32,000 nucleotides of DNA, from contig NZ_CP046579.1 in assembly GCF_013365475.1 (NCBI RefSeq), positions 390,001 through 422,000 of the forward strand, in the 5' to 3' direction. The notes beneath the pieces are model-generated. The model had not been told where the DNA came from. It did no database searches and saw only the letters and a program-made list of their open reading frames with translations. This DNA comes from Candidatus Saccharimonadota bacterium. GTDB taxonomy: Bacteria; Pseudomonadota; Alphaproteobacteria; Rickettsiales; Anaplasmataceae. Positions 1 through 9,693 of this stretch are shown here, piece by piece; position 1 is the first letter of the stretch, and each line of letters opens with the position of its first letter. Both the position numbers and the translations under genes were made by a program.

Positions 1-249
1 AAATTAAGTAATGAGCGTTCTATAGTTGAAAAACAAGTAAATAGCTTAAATAAGCCTGAAGAAATAACAAAAAAAATAGTAGATGGACAAATAGCCAAGT
101 ATTATGAGAAAGTTGTTCTATTGGAGCAGAAGTTTATAAAAGATGATAAGATAAAAGTTTCTGATTTTATAAAGTTAAATGAATCAAGTGTAAATTCTCC
201 TATTAAGTTATCTGATTATAAGTTACTTATTTTGGGCAATAGAAGTTAA
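1..249 (+). CDS. tsf: Elongation factor Ts, C-terminal fragment (5' end outside window)
   Basis: Frame 1 is open from base 1 to TAA at 247-249. The translation ...KKIVDGQIAKYYEKVVLLEQKFIKDDKIKVSDFIK... resembles the conserved EF-Ts C-terminal region. It lies directly upstream of pyrH-frr, as in the widespread tsf-pyrH-frr cluster. It is absent from the ORF track because it has no start in the window. Confidence 0.8.
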   Translation, partial: KLSNERSIVEKQVNSLNKPEEITKKIVDGQIAKYYEKVVLLEQKFIKDDKIKVSDFIKLNESSVNSPIKLSDYKLLILGNRS

Positions 250-259
250 GTAATTAGAG

Positions 260-1000
260 GTGGACAATGCAATAAACAAAGGAAATAAGGTAAAATACTC
301 TAGAGTCTTATTCAAGATTTCTGGTGAAGCTTTGATGGGCTCACGTGCTTTTGGCCACGATATGGAAGTTATAGATAAGTTATGTAAAGGTATAGCTGAT
401 ATTTATAGCCTTGGAGTTCAGGTCTGTGTTGTTGTTGGTGGTGGTAATATCTTTCGTGGTGCATCTGCATCCTTAAATGGTTGTGAGAGAGCAAGCAGTG
501 ACTATATTGGAATGCTTGCAACTGTAATTAATGCTTTAATTTTACAAAACTTCCTAGAGAAAAATTCAGTAGGGTCTAGGGTATTGTCTGCAATACCTAT
601 GACTTCTATATGTGAGCCTTATATAAGGAGAAAAGCTATTCGTCATTTGGAAAAAGGTAGAGTAGTGATCTTTGCAGCAGGCACTGGTAATCCATTTTTT
701 ACTACAGATACAGCTGCAGTTCTACGTGCTATTGAAACAAATTGTGATGTTATCATAAAAGGCACACAAGTAAATGGTATATATTCTGCTGATCCTGGAG
801 AGCATGAGGATGCTATAATGTATGATAGGCTTTCTTATATGGATTTGTTAACACGTGATTTAAGGGTTATGGATGCTTCAGCTATCTCTCTTGCACGTGA
901 GCATTCTATTCCAATTATAGTTTTCTCTTTGAAAGGAGAAAAAATAGCTAATATTATTAAGGGGTTTGGCACTTATACTATAGTTTCAGGTTGCAAGTGA
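260..1000 (+). CDS. pyrH: UMP kinase
   Basis: 246 aa with a GTG start at 260; an in-frame TAA at 251-253 rules out a longer ORF. Motifs [18 protein letters not shown] and [13 protein letters not shown] are typical of bacterial UMP kinase. Position between tsf and frr supports the call. Confidence 0.95.
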   Translation: MDNAINKGNKVKYSRVLFKISGEALMGSRAFGHDMEVIDKLCKGIADIYSLGVQVCVVVGGGNIFRGASASLNGCERASSDYIGMLATVINALILQNFLEKNSVGSRVLSAIPMTSICEPYIRRKAIRHLEKGRVVIFAAGTGNPFFTTDTAAVLRAIETNCDVIIKGTQVNGIYSADPGEHEDAIMYDRLSYMDLLTRDLRVMDASAISLAREHSIPIIVFSLKGEKIANIIKGFGTYTIVSGCK

Positions 1001-1010
1001 TAAAAAGCTT

Positions 1011-1568
1011 ATGTTAAGTGAAGTAAAAACTAAAATGAAAGAAAGGATGCTAAAAACTGTTCAATCTTTTTGCAATAATATTAAAGGTATACGTACTGGT
1101 AGAGCTAGCGTATCATTACTAGATGGTATAGTTGTAAATGCCTATAGTGGGCATCAAAAGCTAAGTCAGGTTGCAGATATCTCAGTTACAGATAATAAGA
1201 CCTTATCAATTAAAGTTTGGGATGTTAGTATTATAGGTGAGATAAAAAATGCTATATTGAATACTAACTTAAATTTCAACTATGTTATTGAAAATAACAC
1301 TATACGTATAACTCTTCCAGATCTAACACAAGAAGCTCGTAGAAGGTTAGTAAAGTTGCTACACCAGTTTGCTGAGAGTGCACGAGTTGCTATTAGAAAT
1401 ATACGTAGAGATGTCATGGAGGAGATAGAAAAAATGCAGGAAAGTAAAGAAATCTCAGAAGATGATTTCCATGATGCTAAAAAACAGGTACAAAATATTA
1501 CTGATAATAATATTAAAAAGATTGATGGTGAATTTTCCATTAAAGAAAGGGAAATATTATATCGTTAG
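1011..1568 (+). CDS. frr: Ribosome recycling factor
   Basis: 185 aa, the canonical RRF length. Motifs are IRTGRASVSLLD, ITLPDLTQEARRRLVK and AIRNIRRD. It follows pyrH by 10 bp. Confidence 0.95.
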   Translation: MLSEVKTKMKERMLKTVQSFCNNIKGIRTGRASVSLLDGIVVNAYSGHQKLSQVADISVTDNKTLSIKVWDVSIIGEIKNAILNTNLNFNYVIENNTIRITLPDLTQEARRRLVKLLHQFAESARVAIRNIRRDVMEEIEKMQESKEISEDDFHDAKKQVQNITDNNIKKIDGEFSIKEREILYR

Positions 1569-1880
1569 GTTATGATATAAATAAGAGTGAATACTTTCAG
1601 CTCTATTGTAATGTATAATGATAGTTGGTATGTAACTATATAAACATTATGACTTTAGAATAGTTTCTATCAAAAAGAATACCTTTTTAGTAACCAGCGT
1701 TTTAATAAAGCTTTTCATATGCCTTCATTAAGGATATTGTATTTTTAACATAATCATGACTTCTTTTGAACTTATCAGCTTAGTGTACTTTCTGTATCAT
1801 GGAACTGGAATAACACATTTTCAGATGCCTTCTGAGATTGAAAAAATTTCACTTAAGTTGCAAAATCTGATTAAATTAAG

Positions 1881-2576
1881 ATGTTGAATCTAGAATCTCT
1901 GCCAAAACATTTAGCCATCATAATGGATGGTAATAGTAGATGGGCAAGCAAGCAGGGTAGGATAAAGATTGATGGTTATAGGAAAGGTAGTGAAGTTGCG
2001 TATGATATTGCTAAGTATTGTATAACTTTAACCATACCATGTTTAACTTTATATGCATTTTCTATGGAGAACTGGCTTAGACCTAAAGAAGAAATCGATT
2101 GTATATTTGATTTATTTTACTTTACTCTAACTGATGAAGATAAAGTTAATTTCATTTGTAGCTATAACATTAAATTGAACTTTGTTGGAAATTTAAATTT
2201 GTTGCCCTGCAAAGTATTTGATCAAATAAAGAAAGTTGAAGAAATGACACGTAAAAATGATGGGTTGTTGCTTACTGTAGCGGTCAGCTATGGCGCAAAG
2301 CAAGAAATTATACATGCTATAAGTAGGATTATAAAAGAAAATATTAATTCTGTTTCAGAAGATAGATTTGAAAAATTTTTATACACTAAAGATTTACCAA
2401 AGTTGGATCTATTGATTCGCACTGGTGGAGAAAAAAGATTAAGTAACTTTTTGTTATGGCAAGCAGCTTATGCTGAGTTATATTTCTGTGATACTTTGTG
2501 GCCTGATTTTTCTTGTCAAGATTTGAGTAAAGCATTAGAAGATTATGCAAAAAGGGAGAAAAGATATGGAAGATAA
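1881..2576 (+). CDS. uppS: Undecaprenyl (di-trans,poly-cis-decaprenylcistransferase) diphosphate synthase
   Basis: 231 aa. Motifs are HLAIIMDGNSRWA, LTLYAFSMENW, IRTGGEKRLSNFLLWQAAYAELYF and a C-terminal REKRYG, all cis-prenyltransferase signatures. Confidence 0.92.
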   Translation: MLNLESLPKHLAIIMDGNSRWASKQGRIKIDGYRKGSEVAYDIAKYCITLTIPCLTLYAFSMENWLRPKEEIDCIFDLFYFTLTDEDKVNFICSYNIKLNFVGNLNLLPCKVFDQIKKVEEMTRKNDGLLLTVAVSYGAKQEIIHAISRIIKENINSVSEDRFEKFLYTKDLPKLDLLIRTGGEKRLSNFLLWQAAYAELYFCDTLWPDFSCQDLSKALEDYAKREKRYGR

Positions 2577-3192
2577 CAATTTTGTAGTTAGAATACTATC
2601 ATCAATGATGATATTGCTTGTATTCTCTTTTGCTATATATTTCAACGATTTATCGTTTTATCTACTGGTTTTTTCGATAGCAGTTCTATCTTCTTTTGAA
2701 TGGTATAATTTGACTCGTGGGAATAGAGTCTTGTATGTTTTCGCATTGTTGTTGATTGCACTACCAAATGCTTCATTGATATGTCTGTATAATCTCCAAC
2801 AAGGAAAGCATACATTAGTATGGCTTATCTTAACTATTTGGAATATAGATATTGCTGCATATCTGTTTGGGCAAAACTTTGGTGGAGCTAGAATTTGTCC
2901 AATTATTAGTCCTGGCAAAACTTGGGCAGGGTTTTTTGGTGCAACCTTAGCTGGAATAGTATGCACAATTTTTGGATCAGTATTTTTAGGCCTATTTTCT
3001 GTTTTTTATTCTCCAATGATTGGACTTGTAATTGCTATTTTAGCGCAACTTGGTGATTTTACTGAATCACTTGTGAAAAGGGTTTATAACGTTAAAGATA
3101 GTGGAAGTATAATACCTGGACATGGAGGTATGCTTGACCGCATGGATGGCTTTATTTTTACTGCACCTCTTATTGCTATGTATACAAAGTAG
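2566..3192 (+). CDS. cdsA: Phosphatidate cytidylyltransferase (CDP-diglyceride synthase)
   Basis: A multi-TM hydrophobic protein ending in the CdsA signature SLVKR..KDSGSIIPGHGGMLDRMDG. The ORF track starts it at ATG 2545 (32-bp overlap with uppS). I prefer ATG 2566 because GGGAG at 2554-2558 sits 7 nt upstream, though 2545 remains possible. Confidence 0.85.
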   Translation: MEDNNFVVRILSSMMILLVFSFAIYFNDLSFYLLVFSIAVLSSFEWYNLTRGNRVLYVFALLLIALPNASLICLYNLQQGKHTLVWLILTIWNIDIAAYLFGQNFGGARICPIISPGKTWAGFFGATLAGIVCTIFGSVFLGLFSVFYSPMIGLVIAILAQLGDFTESLVKRVYNVKDSGSIIPGHGGMLDRMDGFIFTAPLIAMYTK

Positions 3193-3213
3193 CTGTTTTA
3201 TAAAGATGAAATA

Positions 3214-3432
3214 TTATCCATGAATTCTTTCTCTTTTATTAGCTGCTGCCACGATGCACTTATTGACAGATTTAGATCCTTTAGATTTGAGCTCTTCATC
3301 CATTTGCTTATTACAGTAAGGGCAAAATGTTTCACTTCCTTCTTTATACAGGTATATTAATGGATGACCAAAACTACTGTCATTCTCATCTCCACGGCAA
3401 CAAACTATTATGCTATCCCTCACTTTTATCAT
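3214..3432 (-). CDS. Small zinc-finger domain protein (zf-CHCC / NDUFS6-C-terminal-like, COG4391-type)
   Basis: 72 aa with the pattern VCCRG....HPLIYL....FCPYCNK. This matches the conserved small alphaproteobacterial zinc-finger protein family as I recall it. It is co-directional with coaD, 63 bp downstream of it. Confidence 0.65.
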   Translation of the reverse strand: MIKVRDSIIVCCRGDENDSSFGHPLIYLYKEGSETFCPYCNKQMDEELKSKGSKSVNKCIVAAANKRERIHG

Positions 3433-3495
3433 GCTTCTCCTCTAGTTATAATATTTTATGTGCTAAATATACATATTTAGTGTGAAAAATAAATA

Positions 3496-4008
3496 TCATT
3501 CTTTACTTCTTGCTCTTGTTTGCATTAGATTAATCAATTCTTCCTGGACACTCTCTGGAGCAAACTTACTGACACTTTCTCCTAGCCTTGCTATTTCTTT
3601 CACAAAACTTGATGAAATAAATTGTGTCTCTTTAGAGGCAAGAAGAAATATAGTCTCAATTTCAGGAAGAAGTTTATAGTTAACCCAGCTCATTTGAAAC
3701 TCATAATCAAAATCAGATACTGCTCTGAGCCCTCTAATAATAACAGAGGCATTTTGTTCTTTTGCAAATTTTATTAACAGCCCATTAAAAGATACAACAT
3801 TTGCACTAATTCCTAACCTTTTGATTTCATTTTTCGTCATACTTGTACGTAGTTTTGCATCAAAAGTAGTATACTTATTAGTACTTTCTGCAATACCAAT
3901 TATTAGCTTATCAACTAATTTACATGCTCTTTTTATTATATCAATATGTCCAAAGGTTATAGGGTCAAATGTACCAGGGTAAATTCCTATTTTATTATCA
4001 ACGGCCAC
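3496..4008 (-). CDS. coaD: Phosphopantetheine adenylyltransferase
   Basis: 170 aa. N-terminal GIYPGTFDPITFGHIDII carries the T/HxGH nucleotidyltransferase motif. RGLRAVSDFDYE and ISSSFVKEI are typical of CoaD. Confidence 0.93.
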   Translation of the reverse strand: MAVDNKIGIYPGTFDPITFGHIDIIKRACKLVDKLIIGIAESTNKYTTFDAKLRTSMTKNEIKRLGISANVVSFNGLLIKFAKEQNASVIIRGLRAVSDFDYEFQMSWVNYKLLPEIETIFLLASKETQFISSSFVKEIARLGESVSKFAPESVQEELINLMQTRARSKE

Positions 4009-4085
4009 TCTTTAGTCTTATGAGAAGTATAAAAACTTTTAATAGACATAATAACATTTTTGTCTAAGAATGAAAGCACGCGATT

Positions 4086-4158
4086 GGCCTGATAGCTCAG
4101 TTGGTAGAGCAAAGGACTGAAAATCCTTGTGTCGCTGGTTCAATTCCTGCTCAGGCCA
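4086..4158 (+). tRNA. tRNA-Phe (anticodon GAA)
   Basis: A manual cloverleaf gives acceptor GGCCTGA/TCAGGCC and D arm GCTC-AGTTGGTA-GAGC. The anticodon arm is AAGGA-CTGAAAA-TCCTT with GAA anticodon, and the variable loop is GTGTC. The T arm is GCTGG-TTCAATT-CCTGC with one T-T mismatch, and the discriminator is A. The 3' CCA is not encoded (followed by CTT), consistent with the CCA-adding enzyme homolog at 12786-14063. Confidence 0.93.
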
Positions 4159-4267
4159 CTTTCTCCCTTTTATTAAGATTTCTCTTTTAATGGAAATATT
4201 CTTATGCATTATGTCAATAATATTGATATAAGTTAGATAACCTGTAAAGTGTAAATATTATAATGAA

Positions 4268-5242
4268 GTGCTTAATGTCTTATTAGGTGTAATTTTACTA
4301 TTCAGCAACATCTCTCATGCAAACTCTAGCAAGAGCTTGCCACCAGTAAATAGAGGTATAGTTGTTGGTTTGTTAGAAATAGATGAAAAAACACATTTAC
4401 GTGAAGTTGATTTATCAAAACATATCTATAAAGTATTTAATGATTGGGGTATTAAAACTGTACTGATAGATTACGGTAAGATAATAACCCATAAGAAAAT
4501 CCAAGAAGAGCTATTTAGTCCTGCAAAGCAAGGTCAAGATGAAGTATCAGCAGGAAATCATCTTGTGTTGGATGAAGTGAAAGTTAAAGTTGAAGAGTTT
4601 ATTGAGGAACAGAAAATAAATAGGATACTTATTTCAGGAAATTATTGCAATTTATGCTCAAAATTTTTTTCTCATACTTCTTGCAGTCAGGTTGTTACTG
4701 AAGCTATCATGAGAATAGTAGATAACAATCCTGCAATTCACTTACTTGGTATATGTGGTAGTTTGCGAAACATTGTAAATACAAAGGGAGTTGAAGTAGT
4801 GAATGTAGATAGCCTTGCAGTTAAGGAGGGAAAAGTCTCTCGCTCAAAGTCAGTGCCTAATCTACAGCAAAAAAATATTCCTCTCAAGCAGATAAAGATA
4901 ATCCCAAATAGCCGCTTAGCAAAAGTTGTAGCTAAATTTTTACCACCTGATGAGAATGGATGGTTTTCAATATATCTTCCAGATACCGATTCAGGAGAAG
5001 TAAGCAATACATCAGAAAATAGAAGAAAGTTAGAGTTACTTGGATATAAAGTTGCAGCATTTTCTAGTAATGGAGTAATAGAGGCTATTGAAGATAAGTA
5101 TAGTAATATTTTCTTTCGGAGTCACCCAGAAGCTCTTATTGTAGAGTCAGGTAAAAGCTTCTATTTACTAAATCATAAGGCATATCAGGTTTCAACACTT
5201 GTTGCAATGGCAATTATAAATGATTTTCTTTATCGTGCTTAA
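4268..5242 (+). CDS. Exported class-I glutamine amidotransferase-like / peptidase C26-like protein (function unknown)
   Basis: 324 aa with a GTG start. The N-terminus MLNVLLGVILLFSNISHA-NSS looks like a Sec signal peptide. By-eye matches to PuuD-type C26 enzymes are LLGICGSLRNIV (nucleophile Cys elbow), SSNGVIEAIE and FFRSHPE (His-Glu). Confidence that it is a real gene is about 0.8; confidence in the family is about 0.55. Confidence 0.6.
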   Translation: MLNVLLGVILLFSNISHANSSKSLPPVNRGIVVGLLEIDEKTHLREVDLSKHIYKVFNDWGIKTVLIDYGKIITHKKIQEELFSPAKQGQDEVSAGNHLVLDEVKVKVEEFIEEQKINRILISGNYCNLCSKFFSHTSCSQVVTEAIMRIVDNNPAIHLLGICGSLRNIVNTKGVEVVNVDSLAVKEGKVSRSKSVPNLQQKNIPLKQIKIIPNSRLAKVVAKFLPPDENGWFSIYLPDTDSGEVSNTSENRRKLELLGYKVAAFSSNGVIEAIEDKYSNIFFRSHPEALIVESGKSFYLLNHKAYQVSTLVAMAIINDFLYRA

Positions 5243-5286
5243 TAGAAGATTTTTGGAAAATTGATACCATGACACTAGTAAATAAT

Positions 5287-5312
5287 GCTAGAATCTAGCA
5301 ATTTGCTTTTTT
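5287..5312 (+). terminator. Possible intrinsic terminator downstream of the C26-like gene
   Basis: GCTAG-aat-CTAGC is followed by AGCA-att-TGCT and a T6 run (5307-5312), 45-70 nt after the stop at 5242. The stems are short, so this is weak evidence. Confidence 0.3.
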
Positions 5313-6160
5313 AACCTAGATTTGATCTATCATGTCTTCTCTCCTTGACAGAGGGGTAGCAATTTTGCTTCTAATATCTAGAAGTGTAGGTATTAAGTGC
5401 ATTTTTAATTGCTTGTTTAACCTTTTCTTTTCCTGCCCTTTGGCATTTCAGTAGATTTTAAACAGAAACAGATATCTTATTCATTGGATGTTTTTTCTTT
5501 GTTCATGTACTACTTAGGTTTTTTCTTTTGCTGAATACTGAAAAATAATGCCACTCTTTTCGTATTTTTCAACATTCTCATTATTTTGGAAAGATAATGC
5601 ACCCAGGAATAACTATAAGGGTAATTTTTGGGATTTGAAAATCATTTCCCTTTCTCCTTGATTTAGTTCGAATAAGTTTTAACAGTATAGTATTGAGTAT
5701 GCTTTCAAACAGAATCGTTTGATATTAAACTACATCTCTGTAATACACCTAGTTTTGTGGAGTTCTTGCAGGAAATACCAACAATACTCTATTTCTTGCA
5801 GAAATTTTTAGAACCTAAATAGCTAGAAAATTGAAGTGCTGAGTTTCATATTAAGATATTCTAGCCTAGAAACACAATTAGAGAAATGAATGAGAAGGTT
5901 TTTATCACTTTTAGTGCATAATGTTTTTTGCATATAAGTAATTGTATATATCAATTGACTTTGAAAAAGTCAAAAAAGTCTTTAAAATGTTTTATATCAT
6001 ATATTTCTATTGATAGTTGTTCAATATTTTATGCTTTACTTTGCTGGTTTTATTGTAGGGAACACTGTTGCTAGATTTTGTAAAATTTATTACATATGAT
6101 TTTAAGTTCAGGAAAACTTATTGGAGTCATGTATATAATGTATTTGTCAATAAAGGCAAG

Positions 6161-8842
6161 ATGAAAGAAAAGTTGATATATTACTTTAGTAGGAATAAAT
6201 GTGAAGGCAGTGCAGAAATGAGAAATCTTCTAGGAGGGAAAGGTGCAAATTTAGCTGAGATGTGTAACATTGATATTCCTGTTCCTCCTGGTTTTACAAT
6301 CCCTATTTTCGCTTGTAAACATGGAATATCTGACAACCTGCGTAACGAAATCAAAAGATATGTTGTAATGCTTGAAAGTGATGTTGGTTGTGGTTTCGGA
6401 AACTCAGACAATCCTTTACTGGTTTCTATAAGATCTGGTAGTGTAAATTCCATGCCAGGTATGCTTGATACAATTCTAAATGTTGGTTTGAATGACACAA
6501 CTGTTGTAGGGCTTGCAAGGAAAAATGGAGAACATTTCGCCTATGACAGCTATTGCCGTTTTATCATGATGTATTCTAGTATTGTAATGCAGCTTGATTA
6601 TCACTTATTTCAAAGTGTCATTGATAATGAGGGACAAAAAAGAGGAGCAAAAAGTTTAGCCGATTTTAGTACTGACATTTTAAAGAAGTTTATTGATCTT
6701 TTTAAAAAGATAATATATGAAAAAACTGAGAAACATTTCCCACAGAATGTTGAGGAGCAATTGCTTAACTCAGTAAATGCAGTATTTTCTTCTTGGAAGA
6801 ATGATAGGGCTGTCTCCTATAGGAGAATAAATAACATTTCTGAAACCATTGGAACCGCAGTCAATGTGCAAGCAATGGTTTTTGGTAATTTAAATAATAA
6901 TTCTGCAACTGGTGTGATATTTACTCGTAATCCCTTGACTGGAACGAAGGAATTTTTTGGTGAATTTTTGATCAATGCACAGGGTGAAGATGTTGTTTCT
7001 GGTGTTTATACACCTATGCCTATTAATGGGGAGAAGAAAGATACTATGGAAAAGTTAATGCCAAGTGTATACCAAGAATTGTGTGATATATGTAAAAAGC
7101 TTGAAGTGCACTATAAGGATATGCAGGATATCGAGTTTACTGTTCAAGACGGTAAATTGTGGATTTTACAGACTAGGTCTGGCAAACGCACACCTGAAGC
7201 TACTGTCCGTATAATAGTAGATATGGTAAATGAGGGAGTGATTACAAAAGGAGAAGGGATATTGAAAATTAATCCAAAAATTTTTGATAGTTTATTGCAC
7301 CCGGTTCTTGATGTTAAATGTGATCACAAAACAATAGGGAAAGGATTACCAGCCTCTCCAGGTGTTGCTTCAGGTTATATAGTATTTAGTGCAAGTGACG
7401 CAGAGAAGGCTGTGGAGCAAGGTAAAAAAGTAATTTTGGTAAGGTCAGAGACAAGCTCTGAAGATATTCATGGAATGAATGCTGCAAGCGGTATAATAAC
7501 GGCGCGAGGAGGGATGACTTCACACGCTGCTGTTGTTACAAGGGGAATGGGCAAGCCGTGTATTTGTAGCGTAAATGGATTATATCTCGATAAAGGGGGG
7601 AATTTCTTTTCTGTAGGAAATATAAAAGTAAATAAAGGTGAACCAATTACTATTAACGGTGGAACAGGTGAAGTGATGCTTGGCATTCTCCCTACAGTTT
7701 TACCTAGATTATCCCAAGAATTAAGAACAATAATTGATTGGTTAGATGAAATCAAAACAATCAAAATAAGGGCGAATGCTGACACCCCAAAGGATGCGAG
7801 GGTTGCTAAAGAATTTGGAGCAGAAGGCATAGGTTTATGTCGTACAGAGCATATGTTTTTTGTCCGTGATAGGATCGAATCTATTCAAAAACTGATAATA
7901 GCTGATGATGAAAATGAAAGAGCTAATGCATTAAGCAGACTAGAAGAAATGCAAAAATCCGATTTCAAGGAAATATTTTCTATTATGGGTGGCAGTGAAA
8001 TCACTATACGCCTGCTTGATCCACCTCTACATGAGTTTTTGCCTAATGATCAATCTGTTATAGAGAGGATTGCTGAATCACTAAGCAAGCCTGTTGAGGC
8101 AATAAGGAATAAAATAGCTCAGCTATCAGAAAAGAATCCAATGCTTGGTCACCGAGGTTGTAGACTTGCTATTTCCTATCCAGAAATATATACCATGCAA
8201 GTTAGGGCAATACTTAATGCTGCAAATGAGATAAAAGACGAGAAAAAGATAGAAGTTATACCTGAGATTATGATTCCTTTCGTCATGGATGAAAGAGAGT
8301 TTATTTTAATATGTGAGTTAGTAAAGAAAGAATCTTCTAGCATTCTAGCTAAGATTCAAACACAGACTCCTACATCATGCGATGAAAGGTCACCACTAGG
8401 TAAGACTTATTCAATTGGAACAATGATAGAACTGCCACGAGCAGCATTAATTGGTGATAAATTGGCACAACATGCAGAATTTTTTAGTTTTGGTACTAAC
8501 GATTTAACACAAACAACTATGGGACTTTCAAGAGATGATTCAGTAAATTTTCTTGACTCATATAAGAAAAGTAGTATCCTTGAGGAAGATCCATTTGAAG
8601 TTCTTGATGTTGAAGGAGTAGGCAAACTAATAAAAATAGCTATCGAAAGAGGCAAAAAAATGCGTAAGGAAATTAAGCTTGGTGTGTGTGGAGAGCATGG
8701 TGCAGATCCACGGTCTATAGAATTTTTTATAAAATCAGGTATGGATTATGTTTCATGTTCACCTTATAGAGTACCAGTTGCAAAATTAGTAGCAGCACAG
8801 TTTAGTGTTAAATCTAAATGCATTTCACATTCTACAGCTTAG
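6161..8842 (+). CDS. ppdK: Pyruvate, phosphate dikinase
   Basis: 893 aa from ATG 6161 (MKEKLIYYFS..EGSAEMRNLLGGKGANLAEM matches the canonical PPDK N-terminus). Motifs are the phosphohistidine loop GGMTSHAAVVTRGMGKPC, GLCRTEHMFF, FSFGTNDLTQ and GVCGEHG. The TTG at 6068 in the ORF track adds 31 non-conserved residues and is probably not the start. Confidence 0.95.
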   Translation: MKEKLIYYFSRNKCEGSAEMRNLLGGKGANLAEMCNIDIPVPPGFTIPIFACKHGISDNLRNEIKRYVVMLESDVGCGFGNSDNPLLVSIRSGSVNSMPGMLDTILNVGLNDTTVVGLARKNGEHFAYDSYCRFIMMYSSIVMQLDYHLFQSVIDNEGQKRGAKSLADFSTDILKKFIDLFKKIIYEKTEKHFPQNVEEQLLNSVNAVFSSWKNDRAVSYRRINNISETIGTAVNVQAMVFGNLNNNSATGVIFTRNPLTGTKEFFGEFLINAQGEDVVSGVYTPMPINGEKKDTMEKLMPSVYQELCDICKKLEVHYKDMQDIEFTVQDGKLWILQTRSGKRTPEATVRIIVDMVNEGVITKGEGILKINPKIFDSLLHPVLDVKCDHKTIGKGLPASPGVASGYIVFSASDAEKAVEQGKKVILVRSETSSEDIHGMNAASGIITARGGMTSHAAVVTRGMGKPCICSVNGLYLDKGGNFFSVGNIKVNKGEPITINGGTGEVMLGILPTVLPRLSQELRTIIDWLDEIKTIKIRANADTPKDARVAKEFGAEGIGLCRTEHMFFVRDRIESIQKLIIADDENERANALSRLEEMQKSDFKEIFSIMGGSEITIRLLDPPLHEFLPNDQSVIERIAESLSKPVEAIRNKIAQLSEKNPMLGHRGCRLAISYPEIYTMQVRAILNAANEIKDEKKIEVIPEIMIPFVMDEREFILICELVKKESSSILAKIQTQTPTSCDERSPLGKTYSIGTMIELPRAALIGDKLAQHAEFFSFGTNDLTQTTMGLSRDDSVNFLDSYKKSSILEEDPFEVLDVEGVGKLIKIAIERGKKMRKEIKLGVCGEHGADPRSIEFFIKSGMDYVSCSPYRVPVAKLVAAQFSVKSKCISHSTA

Positions 8843-9693
8843 CAATGTAGTATTTTTATGTATAATCTAATGTTGGAGTTAAAGTAGTAACAATCTAGTT
8901 CCAGATTACTTGTATATTCTACCATTTTTGTTGCTGATTCGCATATTAAGTCTTTTTTGGTCATTATGATGTATTGAAGTTATCATGCTGTAGAATTGCT
9001 TTGGCAAGAGTAGCTTATAGTATGTCAATCCTTTATTACCTGATAGAATCTATACAATTCTCCATAGGTTTAGCTTTGATCTTCTTTATCTATGTTTATA
9101 GTAGTGTGCTTAGTATTAGTATATTAATGATACTGCCATTAGTAATAAACAAAGAATATAATATAGATTTATTCTCTTCAGCTTCTCTAGTACATTTCTT
9201 TTTGCTTTAGTTATGTTAGTAATAGTTGCTCCTCTTTTTAGGATTATGAGAAACTTTAAAGTATTAGTTTTGAATGACAATCACAAATTAATTTATGCTA
9301 TATGCTACTCTAAACTCTTTCTCAAATAGGAATTTAACTCTATTCTTAAAAGATCTCACATAGAGTTATTTTTAATGTCAACTATATTTCTTTCGTTAAA
9401 TCGAACTTATAATTTTAGCTTGTTTTCTTTATAGAATATCACCTAATTGCTTATTATGATAGCCCTGCTTGGGCTCCCTTTTGTAACTCACGTGTTCAGA
9501 GCATTAATTTCTAAAACATCATCTCCTTTGATTATTTTCATAAAACTCATGAATTGCTAATTCTTAGCTTCAATCTATAATTTCCTTTATTTTTTTTTTG
9601 AATAAAACTGTCAGTCATATCAAACCTTGCCACATATTGCTATGTCTATTGACTCAGATCATATAGTAAGTCAGATAATCTTGAAATTTCAGA

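Noticed and set aside
6068-6160. TTG-initiated 31-codon N-terminal extension of ppdK given in the ORF track
   Set aside because: The extension (MLDFVKFITYDFKFRKTYW...) has no counterpart in PPDK. The conserved N-terminus begins at the ATG at 6161 (MKEKLIYYF...EGSAEMRNLLGGKGANL). The open upstream frame is most simply chance.
5243-6160. Known structured RNAs (tmRNA pieces, RNase P RNA, SRP RNA) hidden in the long spacers
   Set aside because: I scanned by eye for hallmark strings: GAGGAAAGTCC for RNase P, GGAAGGAAGCAGC-type for the SRP domain IV context, and a GGTTCGA T-loop with acceptor stem for tmRNA. None turned up outside tRNA-Phe. This is a weak negative, and a covariance-model scan is still needed.
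8974-9210. 78-aa ORF in the ppdK-glpX spacer, and the similar 88-aa ORF at 10682-10948 on the minus strand
   Set aside because: Both give low-complexity Ile/Leu/Phe/Tyr/Ser-rich translations typical of random AT-rich DNA. Neither has a recognisable motif or a convincing start context. My rough estimate is that a few ORFs of this size are expected by chance in about 9 kb of spacer across six frames.
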